Virus record (IMG/VR): IMGVR_UViG_3300030294_000005
Location: 124,001-188,000 of that record
Reading direction: 5' to 3' (one strand)
Length of the DNA stretch: 64,000 nt
Made by a program: the position numbers and the translations under genes. The notes beneath the pieces were generated by a model. That model had not been told where the DNA came from and did no database searches. It was given only the letters and a program-made list of their open reading frames with translations. The first letter of the stretch is position 1, and the number at the start of each line of letters is the position of its first letter. Shown here one piece after another: positions 29,113 through 39,082 of the stretch.

Positions 29113-29904
29113 TTATGATTTTTTAATACCCTTTTGATTTAAAAATACATATATAATCATATTAAATATACATATTATTATAGATAGTGCCACAAATATA
29201 TCAGTAATATTTATAATCGTATCTATCTCTTTGAATGTGTCACTAAATGTAGCTTCAACTTCATCTTTCTGGGTTCCAAGTGCTATTAGCACTTTATGAT
29301 AATTCCCATTCTTAACTCCACCTGTGGTTTTTGATTCATCCCCGAATCCTAAAAATCCTGATGGAATAACAATCCATTCTAAATATTCTGGAGAACCATC
29401 TACGTTCCACCAATTTTTATCATATGTGTTTATAGTACTGATCCCTTGCCTCATTTTAGATATTACTGTACTTGCTTGTATCTTATCTACATGCAATTCT
29501 GATTCATCTTTCATATATCTACCATTAGTAATAAATTGTGGTGTATCGCAAATAGGACTATTGTCCCATATAAATTTTTCATTTGATAAATTTATCATAA
29601 ATGCTTCACCAGTATTACCACCATTTAATACGCCAGATATATTTCTCTTAGCCCATAATTGCAATGATTGCTCATTTAAGGGATCTACAGTATTATGGTT
29701 AACATCATACATAAATTGGTCCTGTAAATTTGATAATTGCCTTTTAGCTTGTACTCTCCATTCAGTCTCGATATTGGTTTTAGTACTAGCTTTTAAACTT
29801 GATAGTTGAGAAATAATATAATTGCCACTTGTTATCAAAACTATACAGACCAAAAATACTACAATATTAATAATGTTTTGTTTAATATTATAAGTTTTTA
29901 TCAT
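29113..29904 (-). CDS. bitopic membrane protein with extracytoplasmic sensor-like (Cache-like) domain
   Basis: TM at each end flanking about 200 aa; located between endolysin and holin-like gene. Confidence 0.55.
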   Translation of the reverse strand: MIKTYNIKQNIINIVVFLVCIVLITSGNYIISQLSSLKASTKTNIETEWRVQAKRQLSNLQDQFMYDVNHNTVDPLNEQSLQLWAKRNISGVLNGGNTGEAFMINLSNEKFIWDNSPICDTPQFITNGRYMKDESELHVDKIQASTVISKMRQGISTINTYDKNWWNVDGSPEYLEWIVIPSGFLGFGDESKTTGGVKNGNYHKVLIALGTQKDEVEATFSDTFKEIDTIINITDIFVALSIIICIFNMIIYVFLNQKGIKKS

Positions 29905-29980
29905 AGTTCACACCTTCTAATAAAATTAATTAAATTTTTTATCATATAATATATTTTTTAATTTATATAATCACCTCCCT

Positions 29981-29992
29981 TATCTATATGTT
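29981..29992 (-). promoter_or_regulatory. late-type promoter motif AACA-N6-TA
   Basis: AACATATAGATA on the minus strand. Confidence 0.55.
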
Positions 29993-30016
29993 ATAGCAAA
30001 TTGACTGATTAGACAA

Positions 30017-30058
30017 CAAAAATAGTACATAGTATTAAACTATGTACTATTATTTTTT
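30017..30058. terminator. terminator downstream of endolysin
   Basis: AATAGTACATAGT/ACTATGTACTATT stem with A-run on the left. Confidence 0.65.
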
Positions 30059-30061
30059 ATA

Positions 30062-30964
30062 CTAACCTATTAAACTATTCCATGTATTAGGTCCTACTAC
30101 ACCATCTGAATCAAGATGACGAGCTGGAACTAATTGCCATTCCCTAACTTTAGCATCAGTATTTTTACCAAATGAACCATCTACAACTGCTCCAAGTTTA
30201 TATTGAATAAATCTTGTAGCATATTCGTAGTGTGGTTTAACAACCCCATCTACTGGTCTTGATAAAATTTGTTTAAGTGCTGTTTGTGTTACTGAACCTG
30301 CTAGTCCATCAGCAGCTAATTTAAGAGCTTGTTGGAAATTATATACAGCATTCTTAGTAAGTTTACCATATATTCCATCAGCTGTACCACATTTAAATCC
30401 TAATTCATTTAATTCTTGTTGTACTGTAGATACCAATGAACCTGTATCTCCAACTTGTAACCAATCTCTTGATTCTGTATTGATTGGTGTAATTACAGTT
30501 ACTGGAGCAATAGATCCTGAAGTAGATAATATTAATCCCTTAATTTCATTAAGAGGATATTTAGAACCTGGACAACTTGTAGGATAGACTTCTCCATGCC
30601 CTTTAATATTAACAATATGATATTTAGTACATAGATGCTTACAAAGTTCAACTATGGCTGCTTTTTGTACTGCAGGCATATCCTCTGTCATATATTCCCC
30701 TTCTGCACATATTCCAATACTATGTGAATTATATCCAGGGCAATGAGCACCTTCTGCATTTTCAGGTCTTCCAGTATCTATTATACCAGTTTTTCTTACA
30801 AAATATTGATATCCTATGCATAGCCATCCTCTGGCTTTATGCCATCCATCAACATCTAATACTGTACAAGATTTTGATTCAGCATGATGTAGTATAATAC
30901 TATCTGGAACATTATCTAACGTAAATTGACCATTAACTATAAGATTAGTTTGTACTATTTCCAT
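30062..30964 (-). CDS. endolysin: Amidase_2 N-acetylmuramoyl-L-alanine amidase with peptidoglycan-binding domains
   Basis: IILHH, IGYQYFV, GAHC.GYNSHSIGICAEG, GH....TSCPG; LQVGDTG..V..VQ..L..DGIYG and DGVVG..TW. Confidence 0.92.
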   Translation of the reverse strand: MEIVQTNLIVNGQFTLDNVPDSIILHHAESKSCTVLDVDGWHKARGWLCIGYQYFVRKTGIIDTGRPENAEGAHCPGYNSHSIGICAEGEYMTEDMPAVQKAAIVELCKHLCTKYHIVNIKGHGEVYPTSCPGSKYPLNEIKGLILSTSGSIAPVTVITPINTESRDWLQVGDTGSLVSTVQQELNELGFKCGTADGIYGKLTKNAVYNFQQALKLAADGLAGSVTQTALKQILSRPVDGVVKPHYEYATRFIQYKLGAVVDGSFGKNTDAKVREWQLVPARHLDSDGVVGPNTWNSLIG

Positions 30965-30994
30965 TTAAACATTCACTCCTTAAATTTATATTTT

Positions 30995-31006
30995 TATTTA
31001 TATGTT
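30995..31006 (-). promoter_or_regulatory. late-type promoter motif AACA-N6-TA
   Basis: AACATATAAATA on the minus strand, upstream of endolysin. Confidence 0.6.
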
Positions 31007-31290
31007 TATATTATACCTTTTAGATATGATGAAAAGTCTTTATTATGAAAATTTGTACTACTCATAGTGTCTATACTATATTTTTCTATATTAATAGCAT
31101 AATGAGTTTTATCATCATATATTTTTATCCATACATATTTAGTATTGTTTATAAACATAACCCAATTATCAATAATTCTTATTGGATATATTATTTCACC
31201 TTTATCAATAAATCCAATAGTTACTTTTCCTTTATAGTCATTCTTCATTGCAACTCTATCTTGGATGATGGTAAACATTTCATTATCCAT
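31006..31290 (-). CDS. hypothetical protein
   Basis: Abuts 31292..32431 in the same orientation. Confidence 0.55.
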   Translation of the reverse strand: MDNEMFTIIQDRVAMKNDYKGKVTIGFIDKGEIIYPIRIIDNWVMFINNTKYVWIKIYDDKTHYAINIEKYSIDTMSSTNFHNKDFSSYLKGII

Positions 31291-31291
31291 C

Positions 31292-32431
31292 TTATATATT
31301 CATTATCAGCATTTTGATCATTGATACTGACATATCCGTTTTATTTTCTAAACATTTACCTATAACTGTCCCAGGTGTATAATTTTCACATTTCATTGCA
31401 ACTCCTGGTATTTCAGAAGAGACTAATAAATCTCCATCTTCAACCATTCCTATAACTTTTACATGTACTCTTCCAGCAAGACCTACAGAGATATAATTCT
31501 CTTCATCTTTATCATCACCTTTTCCACCTAAACATTGTCCATATTCACCAGAATATACTCCAACAACTTTCTTATCATATTTTCTAGTTGATTTTGTATA
31601 ATTACCAGTTCTAGAATCTTTTACAATAACATCTCCTACTTCAATAATGTCATCAAGATTTCTTTCAAAGAATTCTGCATAATCATTATAGACCGCATTA
31701 TATACTCTTGTTGCATACATATATCCACTGTAGTTTATTCTAGAAGTTCCTGTAGGTGCAGTTGTAGAATTATCAAAAAATTTATCAGTATTAGGTGTTG
31801 CTGGTGCTCCATATTGTAAATATCTTGTAGAATCTAATCCATCGAATAAATCAGTATCATGTGCTTTAAAAGCATCACTAATAAGATATTTATATAATTT
31901 ATTTAATGCATTTGATGTTGGTGATGAATTTAAAGCGACAGAATCGTAGTTATCATACAATATTACTGTTCCTCTTTGAGTAGTCGATGCATCTTTAAAA
32001 TTAACCAAATCGTCTAATGATTCTCCATTACTATTAAATACACATCTTAGCATAGTTCTTGGACCATATGCTACACCATTTTTTGTTAATGTTATTGGTA
32101 CTAATTGATCACTTGGAATTAGATAACTTGGTATTTCATAACTATCCGTAACTACTTGCCATATATTATTATGATTATAAATATAAAATACATATTTTGG
32201 TGTAGGTATGCTTCCATCATTTACAATATATAAATTAAATGAATCTGGAATTAATGTATCTAATACTAAGTGCGATACAACATATATAACGTTAGTAAGT
32301 ACAACTCTATTATTATTTATATCATCATAATAATATTTATTATCTTGACCATGATGTAAATGCCCAGATATAATAGGTGTATTGTTTATATCAGTTCCTA
32401 AAAATTCTTCAATATACACTAAAGCTGCCAT
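31292..32431 (-). CDS. tail fibre/spike-like protein with C-terminal Peptidase_G2/IMC-like autoproteolytic chaperone domain
   Basis: AVYNDYAEFFE, VGVYS, VGLAGRVHVKV.G.VE.GDLLVSS..PGVAM, VIGK.LE. Confidence 0.75.
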   Translation of the reverse strand: MAALVYIEEFLGTDINNTPIISGHLHHGQDNKYYYDDINNNRVVLTNVIYVVSHLVLDTLIPDSFNLYIVNDGSIPTPKYVFYIYNHNNIWQVVTDSYEIPSYLIPSDQLVPITLTKNGVAYGPRTMLRCVFNSNGESLDDLVNFKDASTTQRGTVILYDNYDSVALNSSPTSNALNKLYKYLISDAFKAHDTDLFDGLDSTRYLQYGAPATPNTDKFFDNSTTAPTGTSRINYSGYMYATRVYNAVYNDYAEFFERNLDDIIEVGDVIVKDSRTGNYTKSTRKYDKKVVGVYSGEYGQCLGGKGDDKDEENYISVGLAGRVHVKVIGMVEDGDLLVSSEIPGVAMKCENYTPGTVIGKCLENKTDMSVSMIKMLIMNI

Positions 32432-32452
32432 ATTAATTACCTCCTTTTATTT

Positions 32453-33337
32453 TTATTGTGGAACAGGTATTTGATTATTATACTCTTCTACAGTTAAAAG
32501 CCATGATACTCCACTATCAAAAGTTTCAAATTGAAACTTATAATTAGAAACTGCTGTATCAGTACACTTAGGAATTGTGAATGTAGTTCCTGGATAATTA
32601 TTAGTTATTTTTATATCAGATATTATACTTCTAGCTATAAATACATTAGATTCAAATATTAATTGAAAATCTGTTACAAATTGAGTTATCTGCCATTTAA
32701 TTATAGAGTACTCGTCTACTGTAGCTGGTAAATAAACATTAGCAAAATTACCAGTTAGATTATAACTTTTTTCAGCATGTGCTACTAAATAAATTTTGTT
32801 ATTACTAGCAGTAAGAACTGGTACTATTTTAAGATCACCATCTACTGCATCATATCCACTACCAACTCCACTATTAGGCAAAGATCCTATTAATTCACTC
32901 ATAGGCATCCATCTTATTCCAGTAGCTGTTTTTTGAGCAATAGCTAAAACATCAGCACTAGCATAATTATCAACTTGGATATTTCCATTAAATATTCTTA
33001 AAGACCTCATATCTATTGCATTATCTTTTATAATATAAGAGAATCCATTTCCAGGATCTTTTATCTGAACAGTATTGTTTACATCAATATACATTTGATT
33101 TAAAAATTCTGTTAAATTTACAGCACCCAATCCTTGTATTTCAACAGTTAAATTCTCTGCACTAAGATCACTAATCTGCTCTAATATTTTTTGTGTAATA
33201 TTAAATATTACTGATTTATCTGTAGCTGAGACTATATATATATTTCCATTAGTATAGTCAACTAGTAATTCTTTAGGTACAGCTTTATCTTTTTCAGAAT
33301 AATCTAGAGCTATAACTGGATATCTTGTCATTGACAT
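32453..33337 (-). CDS. putative tail-associated structural protein
   Basis: AGGAGGT RBS; operon with the tail-fibre gene; late-type motif upstream. Confidence 0.5.
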   Translation of the reverse strand: MSMTRYPVIALDYSEKDKAVPKELLVDYTNGNIYIVSATDKSVIFNITQKILEQISDLSAENLTVEIQGLGAVNLTEFLNQMYIDVNNTVQIKDPGNGFSYIIKDNAIDMRSLRIFNGNIQVDNYASADVLAIAQKTATGIRWMPMSELIGSLPNSGVGSGYDAVDGDLKIVPVLTASNNKIYLVAHAEKSYNLTGNFANVYLPATVDEYSIIKWQITQFVTDFQLIFESNVFIARSIISDIKITNNYPGTTFTIPKCTDTAVSNYKFQFETFDSGVSWLLTVEEYNNQIPVPQ

Positions 33338-33372
33338 ATTTATTACCTCCTTTTATTTACAAATAATAGTTT

Positions 33373-33384
33373 TACTTAGATGTT
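33373..33384 (-). promoter_or_regulatory. late-type promoter motif AACA-N6-TA
   Basis: AACATCTAAGTA on the minus strand. Confidence 0.55.
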
Positions 33385-33437
33385 TATATTTAAAATCTAC
33401 ATATTAAGTCTATAATATAATAATATACTTATATCAA

Positions 33438-33449
33438 AACATTTAAATA
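33438..33449 (+). promoter_or_regulatory. late/middle-type promoter motif AACA-N6-TA
   Basis: AACATTTAAATA upstream of the SbcD-like gene. Confidence 0.5.
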
Positions 33450-33465
33450 AGGAGTTGATAGATAT

Positions 33466-34653
33466 ATGAGAAAAGTAATAAGCTTTGTAAATGAAGAGAA
33501 TGAAATATATAATTTACATAAAGAAAAAAATATTAGTAGAGGTACATTAGTAGAAATTCACATTTCTGATATTCATTTTGGTAAACTAGATTCTAAATAT
33601 CAATATGATATACTAAATGAACAATTCTTAAATAAAATAAATGAAATACATTTTGATATATTATCAATAGATGGAGATATTTTTGAACATAAATTTATGT
33701 CTAACTCAGATGTTGTAATGTATGCATCATTATTCATAGATAGATGTGTAGATATATGCAGAACTAAATCTGCAACTTTTATAATAATTGCTGGAACTAA
33801 ATCTCATGATGATGATCAATTAAAATTATTTTATCACTATTTATCAAATTCTAATATTGATATTAGAATTGTAGAAGAGGTTAAGTTTGAATATATCAAA
33901 GGAGCAAAAATATTATGTATTCCAGAGTTATATGGAAAAGATGAAAATTATTATAATAAATTCTTATTCCAATCTGGATCATACGATTCTATATTCATGC
34001 ATGGTGAATTAAAAGGAGCTATATATGATAGAAAGAATAAAGGAGAATCTTATGTATTTGATATAAAAGATTTTGCTTTATGCAAAGGCCCTATATTAAG
34101 TGGACATGTTCATACAGGGGGTTGTTTTAATACTTATTTTTATTATGATGGATCTCCTTATCATATGCAGTTTGGAGATGATGATGAAAAAGGATTTTTA
34201 ATAGTATTGCATAATCTAGATACGAATATGCATTATACTCACTTAGAACCAATAACATCATTTAGATATGTTACTTTAAATTTAGACTCTATGCTTATAT
34301 CAGATCCAAAAGAAATAATAGAGTATGTAAATAAAGTAAAAGAAGATACTAATATTAAATATGTTAGATTAGAGTTTCTTAAAGAGTTATCAGATGCTGA
34401 AGTAGCTAATCTAGAACTTATTAAGAACTATTATAGAACTGATAATAATATAAAATTTAAAATAGAAAATTATAAGATTAAACAAATTCAAGAATCTAAT
34501 ATAGAAATATTAGATAAATATAAAGAGTATCAATATATATTAGATAAAAATATGTCTGAATACGAAATTCTTAGTAGATATATAAATCAACAAAAAGGCT
34601 TTACTTATATAACCACTGAAGAACTTATATCAATATTAAAGGAGGAAATATAA
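33466..34653 (+). CDS. sbcD: SbcD/Mre11-like metallophosphoesterase nuclease
   Basis: ISDIHFG, IDGDIFE, AGTKSHD, FMHG, SGHVH, YDGS motifs. Confidence 0.8.
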   Translation: MRKVISFVNEENEIYNLHKEKNISRGTLVEIHISDIHFGKLDSKYQYDILNEQFLNKINEIHFDILSIDGDIFEHKFMSNSDVVMYASLFIDRCVDICRTKSATFIIIAGTKSHDDDQLKLFYHYLSNSNIDIRIVEEVKFEYIKGAKILCIPELYGKDENYYNKFLFQSGSYDSIFMHGELKGAIYDRKNKGESYVFDIKDFALCKGPILSGHVHTGGCFNTYFYYDGSPYHMQFGDDDEKGFLIVLHNLDTNMHYTHLEPITSFRYVTLNLDSMLISDPKEIIEYVNKVKEDTNIKYVRLEFLKELSDAEVANLELIKNYYRTDNNIKFKIENYKIKQIQESNIEILDKYKEYQYILDKNMSEYEILSRYINQQKGFTYITTEELISILKEEI

Positions 34654-34841
34654 TGAGTAAAAGAAGAAAAAAATATATAGTCTTAAGAATAGTTCATACA
34701 AAACTTGTTAAAGAAATTATAATAAGTATCAACAAACCTTTTTAATATGATCCATTCATATCTAAACCGCCTATGGTATATACGTTTTCTAATAATTATG
34801 TACCGTCAATATTCTTTCGATTAAATAATATGAGTAAATAG
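34653..34841 (+). pseudogene. short ORF interrupted by an in-frame TAA (or a 30-aa basic peptide)
   Basis: TAATG coupling and GGAGG RBS; TAA at 34743-34745, frame stays open to TAG 34841. Confidence 0.25.
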
Positions 34842-34846
34842 TAATA

Positions 34847-34885
34847 TTAGTAAGGGTCAGATACTCTTACTAATTATATTTTTTT
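34847..34885 (+). terminator. intrinsic terminator
   Basis: TTAGTAAGGGT/ACTCTTACTAA stem, T-run downstream. Confidence 0.55.
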
Positions 34886-34890
34886 ATTTT

Positions 34891-34902
34891 AACATTATTA
34901 TA
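34891..34902 (+). promoter_or_regulatory. late-type promoter motif AACA-N6-TA
   Basis: AACATTATTATA. Confidence 0.55.
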
Positions 34903-34927
34903 ATATTGAAAATTGGAGGGATTAATT

Positions 34928-35602
34928 ATGTATGTAAAATTAATTATGAGTGGAAATATAGGTGGTAGTCTTGGTCTTGAAAGTATAGAAACGGTTAATT
35001 TTTTAGATTCTTCTAGTGTTATAATACCTTTATCCTATTCTAATATAATATCATGGAATTATGATTATGGATGTAATACAACATCTTTAAGTAATCTAGT
35101 TTTAGATATAAATGGAGCATATTCTGGTAGAGCTGTACCTGGACTTAGTAATAATAGTGGTGGAACATCAACTGGATTACTAATACTTTACTCAACTGCA
35201 AATGTAGCTAAAATACTATTACAATCAACATCTGCTACTTATGCAGCAAAATATGTAGATATATATACCTCCCCTAATAACATAACTTATACTTTTATTA
35301 GTAGAACTACATTTACAACATCATCTCAAACAATAATTTCTAATTTACCCATTTCTAAATATTTAATTAAACAATATTCAGCCTACTATTCTATTAAACC
35401 AGCATACTACGATATAAATGCAAAGCAATATATTCCATTAACATTAGCTGGTGGATTAGTTCCTAATAAAGCTGATATAGATTTATATGGATTTGATAAT
35501 CTTGCTAATATTACTTCTTCTGTTACTGTTGGAACTGAAACATTTAAACCTATTGATAAATTATTGAGTAGTTTTCAATTAAAAGAATATAAAGCTAAAT
35601 AA
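34928..35602 (+). CDS. putative receptor-binding/accessory virion protein, tandem paralog 1
   Basis: GGAGGG RBS before ATG 34928; discoidin-like N-domain; C-terminal module shared with the next gene. Confidence 0.6.
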   Translation: MYVKLIMSGNIGGSLGLESIETVNFLDSSSVIIPLSYSNIISWNYDYGCNTTSLSNLVLDINGAYSGRAVPGLSNNSGGTSTGLLILYSTANVAKILLQSTSATYAAKYVDIYTSPNNITYTFISRTTFTTSSQTIISNLPISKYLIKQYSAYYSIKPAYYDINAKQYIPLTLAGGLVPNKADIDLYGFDNLANITSSVTVGTETFKPIDKLLSSFQLKEYKAK

Positions 35603-35614
35603 GGAGGACATAAT

Positions 35615-36298
35615 ATGTATATAAAATTAGTTATAAGTGGTGATTTAGGTAGTGGTGTTTTTGAATGTGCATTAACTGAAATAGATATTTACGATACCAC
35701 AAATACTAAATTAACATTATCATCAACAAATGTAATACAATCTACATATACTATTAATAATACTGCAACATATATAAATAATTTATTTAATGGTATATTT
35801 ACTAAAAAAACTACACCTTATTATGATAATTATTATAATAGTGGTAACTCTGTTACAATGATAATTAATTTAAATGGTATAGCAGCTATAAATAAAATTG
35901 TATTAGAGTCTTATTGTTATGCAGAAGGGGCAAAATATGTAGATATATACTATTCTTTAGATAATATAACGTATATATATTCTGGTAAAGTTACATTTAC
36001 TACAACGCTTCAAGTTATTAATTATATACAAACAATGCCTGTTAGTATCATTAAATATTTAATTAAACAATCCAATAGTTATTATTCTATTAAACCAGCA
36101 TATTATGATATAAATACTCATATATTTATACCTTTAACATTATCAAGCGGTTTAGTTCCTAATAAAGCAGATATAGAACTGTTTGGGTTTGATGACGCAT
36201 CTAGTTTAACTACATTGACAACTATAGGAACTGAGACATTTAGACCAGTTGATAAGTTATTAAGTAATTTTCAAATTAAAAAATATAAAAGTAAATAA
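35615..36298 (+). CDS. putative receptor-binding/accessory virion protein, tandem paralog 2
   Basis: Shared KYLIKQ...YYSIKPAYYDIN...GLVPNKADI.L.GFD...GTETF.P.DKLLS.FQ.K.YK. Confidence 0.6.
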   Translation: MYIKLVISGDLGSGVFECALTEIDIYDTTNTKLTLSSTNVIQSTYTINNTATYINNLFNGIFTKKTTPYYDNYYNSGNSVTMIINLNGIAAINKIVLESYCYAEGAKYVDIYYSLDNITYIYSGKVTFTTTLQVINYIQTMPVSIIKYLIKQSNSYYSIKPAYYDINTHIFIPLTLSSGLVPNKADIELFGFDDASSLTTLTTIGTETFRPVDKLLSNFQIKKYKSK

Positions 36299-36305
36299 TT
36301 ATAAG

Positions 36306-36337
36306 ATCTAAGACTATAATATAGTCTTAGATTTATT
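36306..36337 (+). terminator. hairpin / probable terminator
   Basis: ATCTAAGACTAT/ATAGTCTTAGAT stem. Confidence 0.6.
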
Positions 36338-36400
36338 CCCTATACTTACCAGATGCTATACATATAGAATGCTTGTCTAATATTAAATTACATTAAATAT

Positions 36401-36412
36401 AACATTAAAATA
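36401..36412 (+). promoter_or_regulatory. late/middle-type promoter motif AACA-N6-TA
   Basis: AACATTAAAATA upstream of DnaB. Confidence 0.45.
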
Positions 36413-36439
36413 ATAATAATTATGAGAGGTGATCATAAT

Positions 36440-38221
36440 ATGAATTTAGAAAGACGGCAGAAGTACGCTGGTAGTAGGACTGTGACTAATTCTGATACAC
36501 AAATAGATATAAATTTTAGTATAGATACCTTATCTGTATTTTGTTCATATGTATTATCAGAAAATAAGAATATAAGGAAGTCTCATTTAATTAATCTAAG
36601 AAATTTATTTGATATCATAAATGTAGACTTATATAAAAATGATATAGAAAAAATGAAAAGATTAAACTTTATTAAAAAAGGATTAGAAGGTAAACTTCTT
36701 AAGAATCTAAATAATCCTGCATTGATTGTAAAATATATTAATGGTGGTATAATAGATGACGATGTTATAGATGTATATGGATTTGCATACATATCTAATC
36801 AGGAATTAGACTGGATAAATCAAACAGTATCAGAAGCTTTAGCGTGTGCATTTATATATAATGATATAGATAGAATGATGGATATATGTACAAGATTTAA
36901 AGCAGCAGACTATACATCTAAGTCTGCAATTGTAAAAGAATATGAGAATTTAGTAATAGAATCTCAAACAAAATTTAGAAGAGTAAAAGTTGAAACTCAA
37001 TCAGAGATGACTTTCACATTAAGAAAAGGATTAATGGAAGAAGTAGTTTCAGATATTCATGAACAACTTCTTAATCCTAGTAGAAGATTAATAACTGGAA
37101 TGCAAGGTATTAATGAAATGCTAGGTGGTGGATTTGAAAGTGGTAGAGTGTATATGCTATTAGGAATGACTGGTGGTGGTAAATCATTATCATTACTTAA
37201 TATAGCATATCAACTTAAGAAATATAATAAAAACTATAAAGCTAAAGATCCAACTAAGATACCAGTAATAGTATTCTTAACAATGGAGAATACTGTTAAA
37301 GAAACAGTTCAAAGACTATTTAATCTAGTAGTAAATGATGATATGGAGAACTATTCTGTAGAAGATGCTATAAATCTATTAAGAACTGATGGTGAGTTAT
37401 ACTTAACAGATGAATCACCAATAGATATATTAATAAAATATGTTCCAAATAGATCAGTTGACACAGGATATCTATATACAATGACTGAGGACTTAGAAGA
37501 TGAAGGTTATGAAGTAATAGCACTTATTCAAGATCATATTAAACGAATAAGATCTTGTTATCCTCAAACAGATTTACGAATAGAATTGGGAGCAGTAGTT
37601 AATGAATTAAAAATATTCTCAGTTATTAAAGATATTCCAGTTATAAGTAATTCACATTTAAATAGAGATGGAGCAAAGACCATAGATGAAGGTGCCCGTC
37701 AAAATAAAGCAGATTTAACAAGAATGTTAGGACGAGCTAATATAGGTGAATCAATGCTAATGTTAGATAATTTGGATTGTGCATTTATTATAAATATGGA
37801 GTATGATGCTGAAGGAAATAAGTATATGGTATTTAAACGAATAAAGTTGAGATACAAGGCAACTAATAGAGACTATATTTGTCAACCATTCGTTAAGGGT
37901 AATGATATTAAATTTATAGAAGATTATTATTCAGCAGTTCCATTATTTAGAGATAGTTTGAAAGCATTACCTAATGAAGTATCTTTATATAATACAGGAT
38001 TGCCTAATTCCAGAATGAATACCTATAATAGTATAAAAGATATAGATAGTGTTCTGAAAAATAATAATAATATAGATGATAATATTTTCAGTGCAACTAG
38101 GTACAAGCAGTCACCTATTGTTGATAATAATGGAGTAATAGATATGGTAACAATGCCAATAGCTATTGCAGGAAGACCATCTTCTCCTATTAGGAGACAA
38201 GCTATAAGATTTGTAAGTTAA
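36440..38221 (+). CDS. dnaB: DnaB-like replicative helicase
   Basis: LITGMQGINEMLGGG, Walker A GMTGGGKS, FLTME, IQDHI, ISNSHLNR; start moved to ATG 36440. Confidence 0.85.
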   Translation: MNLERRQKYAGSRTVTNSDTQIDINFSIDTLSVFCSYVLSENKNIRKSHLINLRNLFDIINVDLYKNDIEKMKRLNFIKKGLEGKLLKNLNNPALIVKYINGGIIDDDVIDVYGFAYISNQELDWINQTVSEALACAFIYNDIDRMMDICTRFKAADYTSKSAIVKEYENLVIESQTKFRRVKVETQSEMTFTLRKGLMEEVVSDIHEQLLNPSRRLITGMQGINEMLGGGFESGRVYMLLGMTGGGKSLSLLNIAYQLKKYNKNYKAKDPTKIPVIVFLTMENTVKETVQRLFNLVVNDDMENYSVEDAINLLRTDGELYLTDESPIDILIKYVPNRSVDTGYLYTMTEDLEDEGYEVIALIQDHIKRIRSCYPQTDLRIELGAVVNELKIFSVIKDIPVISNSHLNRDGAKTIDEGARQNKADLTRMLGRANIGESMLMLDNLDCAFIINMEYDAEGNKYMVFKRIKLRYKATNRDYICQPFVKGNDIKFIEDYYSAVPLFRDSLKALPNEVSLYNTGLPNSRMNTYNSIKDIDSVLKNNNNIDDNIFSATRYKQSPIVDNNGVIDMVTMPIAIAGRPSSPIRRQAIRFVS

Positions 38222-38231
38222 TAAAAAGAAT

Positions 38232-38256
38232 GAAGTATAGCATTAAGCTATACTTC
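38232..38256. terminator. terminator between convergent genes
   Basis: GAAGTATAGC/GCTATACTTC stem. Confidence 0.65.
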
Positions 38257-38661
38257 TTTACTATTATAAGCATCTATATTATCTTTTTCAGCATTATATA
38301 TTGATGATAGAATAAATTCTAATGTGTCCTTTTTTAACATTCTTACTTTTTTAAAATTAAAATCTTTCACAGTGTAGATACTATTTATATATAGTATTAT
38401 AAAATATAATTCTGCATCGCCATATACATCATAAGCTAATAGTTTAGGCTTGTACAAGTATCTAATATATTCTTTATCATCAAATTCTATAAAGACAGTT
38501 AGGTCATCTATTTCTTTTATATAATCATTTAATACATTATATGAAATAATTTTTTGAGTAGCACTGATGTAGTCTAAGAAACATAACGAATCATATGAAA
38601 TATTATTGTCATTATCATTAGTTATAAATTGTTTTATAGTATAAGTTTCTTCTGGTTTCAT
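38248..38661 (-). CDS. baseplate wedge-like protein (T4 gp53/LysM-like)
   Basis: YKPKLLAYDVYGDAELYFIILYIN pattern. Confidence 0.6.
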   Translation of the reverse strand: MKPEETYTIKQFITNDNDNNISYDSLCFLDYISATQKIISYNVLNDYIKEIDDLTVFIEFDDKEYIRYLYKPKLLAYDVYGDAELYFIILYINSIYTVKDFNFKKVRMLKKDTLEFILSSIYNAEKDNIDAYNSKEV

Positions 38662-38675
38662 TTATAATTCCTCCT

Positions 38676-39047
38676 CTATCTTGGTGGTTCTATTATAATA
38701 GGACTATTAATTATACGTTGTAATATAGAACATTTATTTATATTACCACCTACAAATATTACAATATATTTATCACCTTTTAAACCTTTATAATTTCCTC
38801 CTGCTGCATTAAAAGGAACAAACAATTCTATATAATTACATGTAGTATAATTATTAGCATTGATTAAATCTTTATTTACTAAATTTGTTTTTAAAGTTAC
38901 ATGTGTTTCTAATACTATACTATTATTATTTAAAAATGTAAATATTGTTGGTATAGTAAATTTTACTATTGTATTAAATTCATAATCTTCCAATGCTATA
39001 GCAATTTCGGAATATTTGAAATCTGACTCTTCTATATAATTATTCAT
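38676..39047 (-). CDS. putative baseplate/tail protein
   Basis: Operon with the gp53-like gene; OB-like GDKYIVIFVGGN. Confidence 0.45.
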   Translation of the reverse strand: MNNYIEESDFKYSEIAIALEDYEFNTIVKFTIPTIFTFLNNNSIVLETHVTLKTNLVNKDLINANNYTTCNYIELFVPFNAAGGNYKGLKGDKYIVIFVGGNINKCSILQRIINSPIIIEPPR

Positions 39048-39064
39048 AATTTTACACCACCTAT

Positions 39065-39076
39065 AACATAAAAATA
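39065..39076 (+). promoter_or_regulatory. late-type promoter motif AACA-N6-TA
   Basis: AACATAAAAATA, facing the minus-strand copy at 39083. Confidence 0.45.
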
Positions 39077-39082
39077 ATAAAT

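Noticed and set aside
29910-29980. Orphan strong RBS (GGGAGGTGA, minus strand) after the late motif, suggesting a leader peptide
   Set aside because: No canonical start codon at a suitable spacing; more likely a gene remnant.
34653-34841. TAA readthrough in a short ORF after sbcD
   Set aside because: This is a single case with no homology support; pseudogene or chance is more likely.
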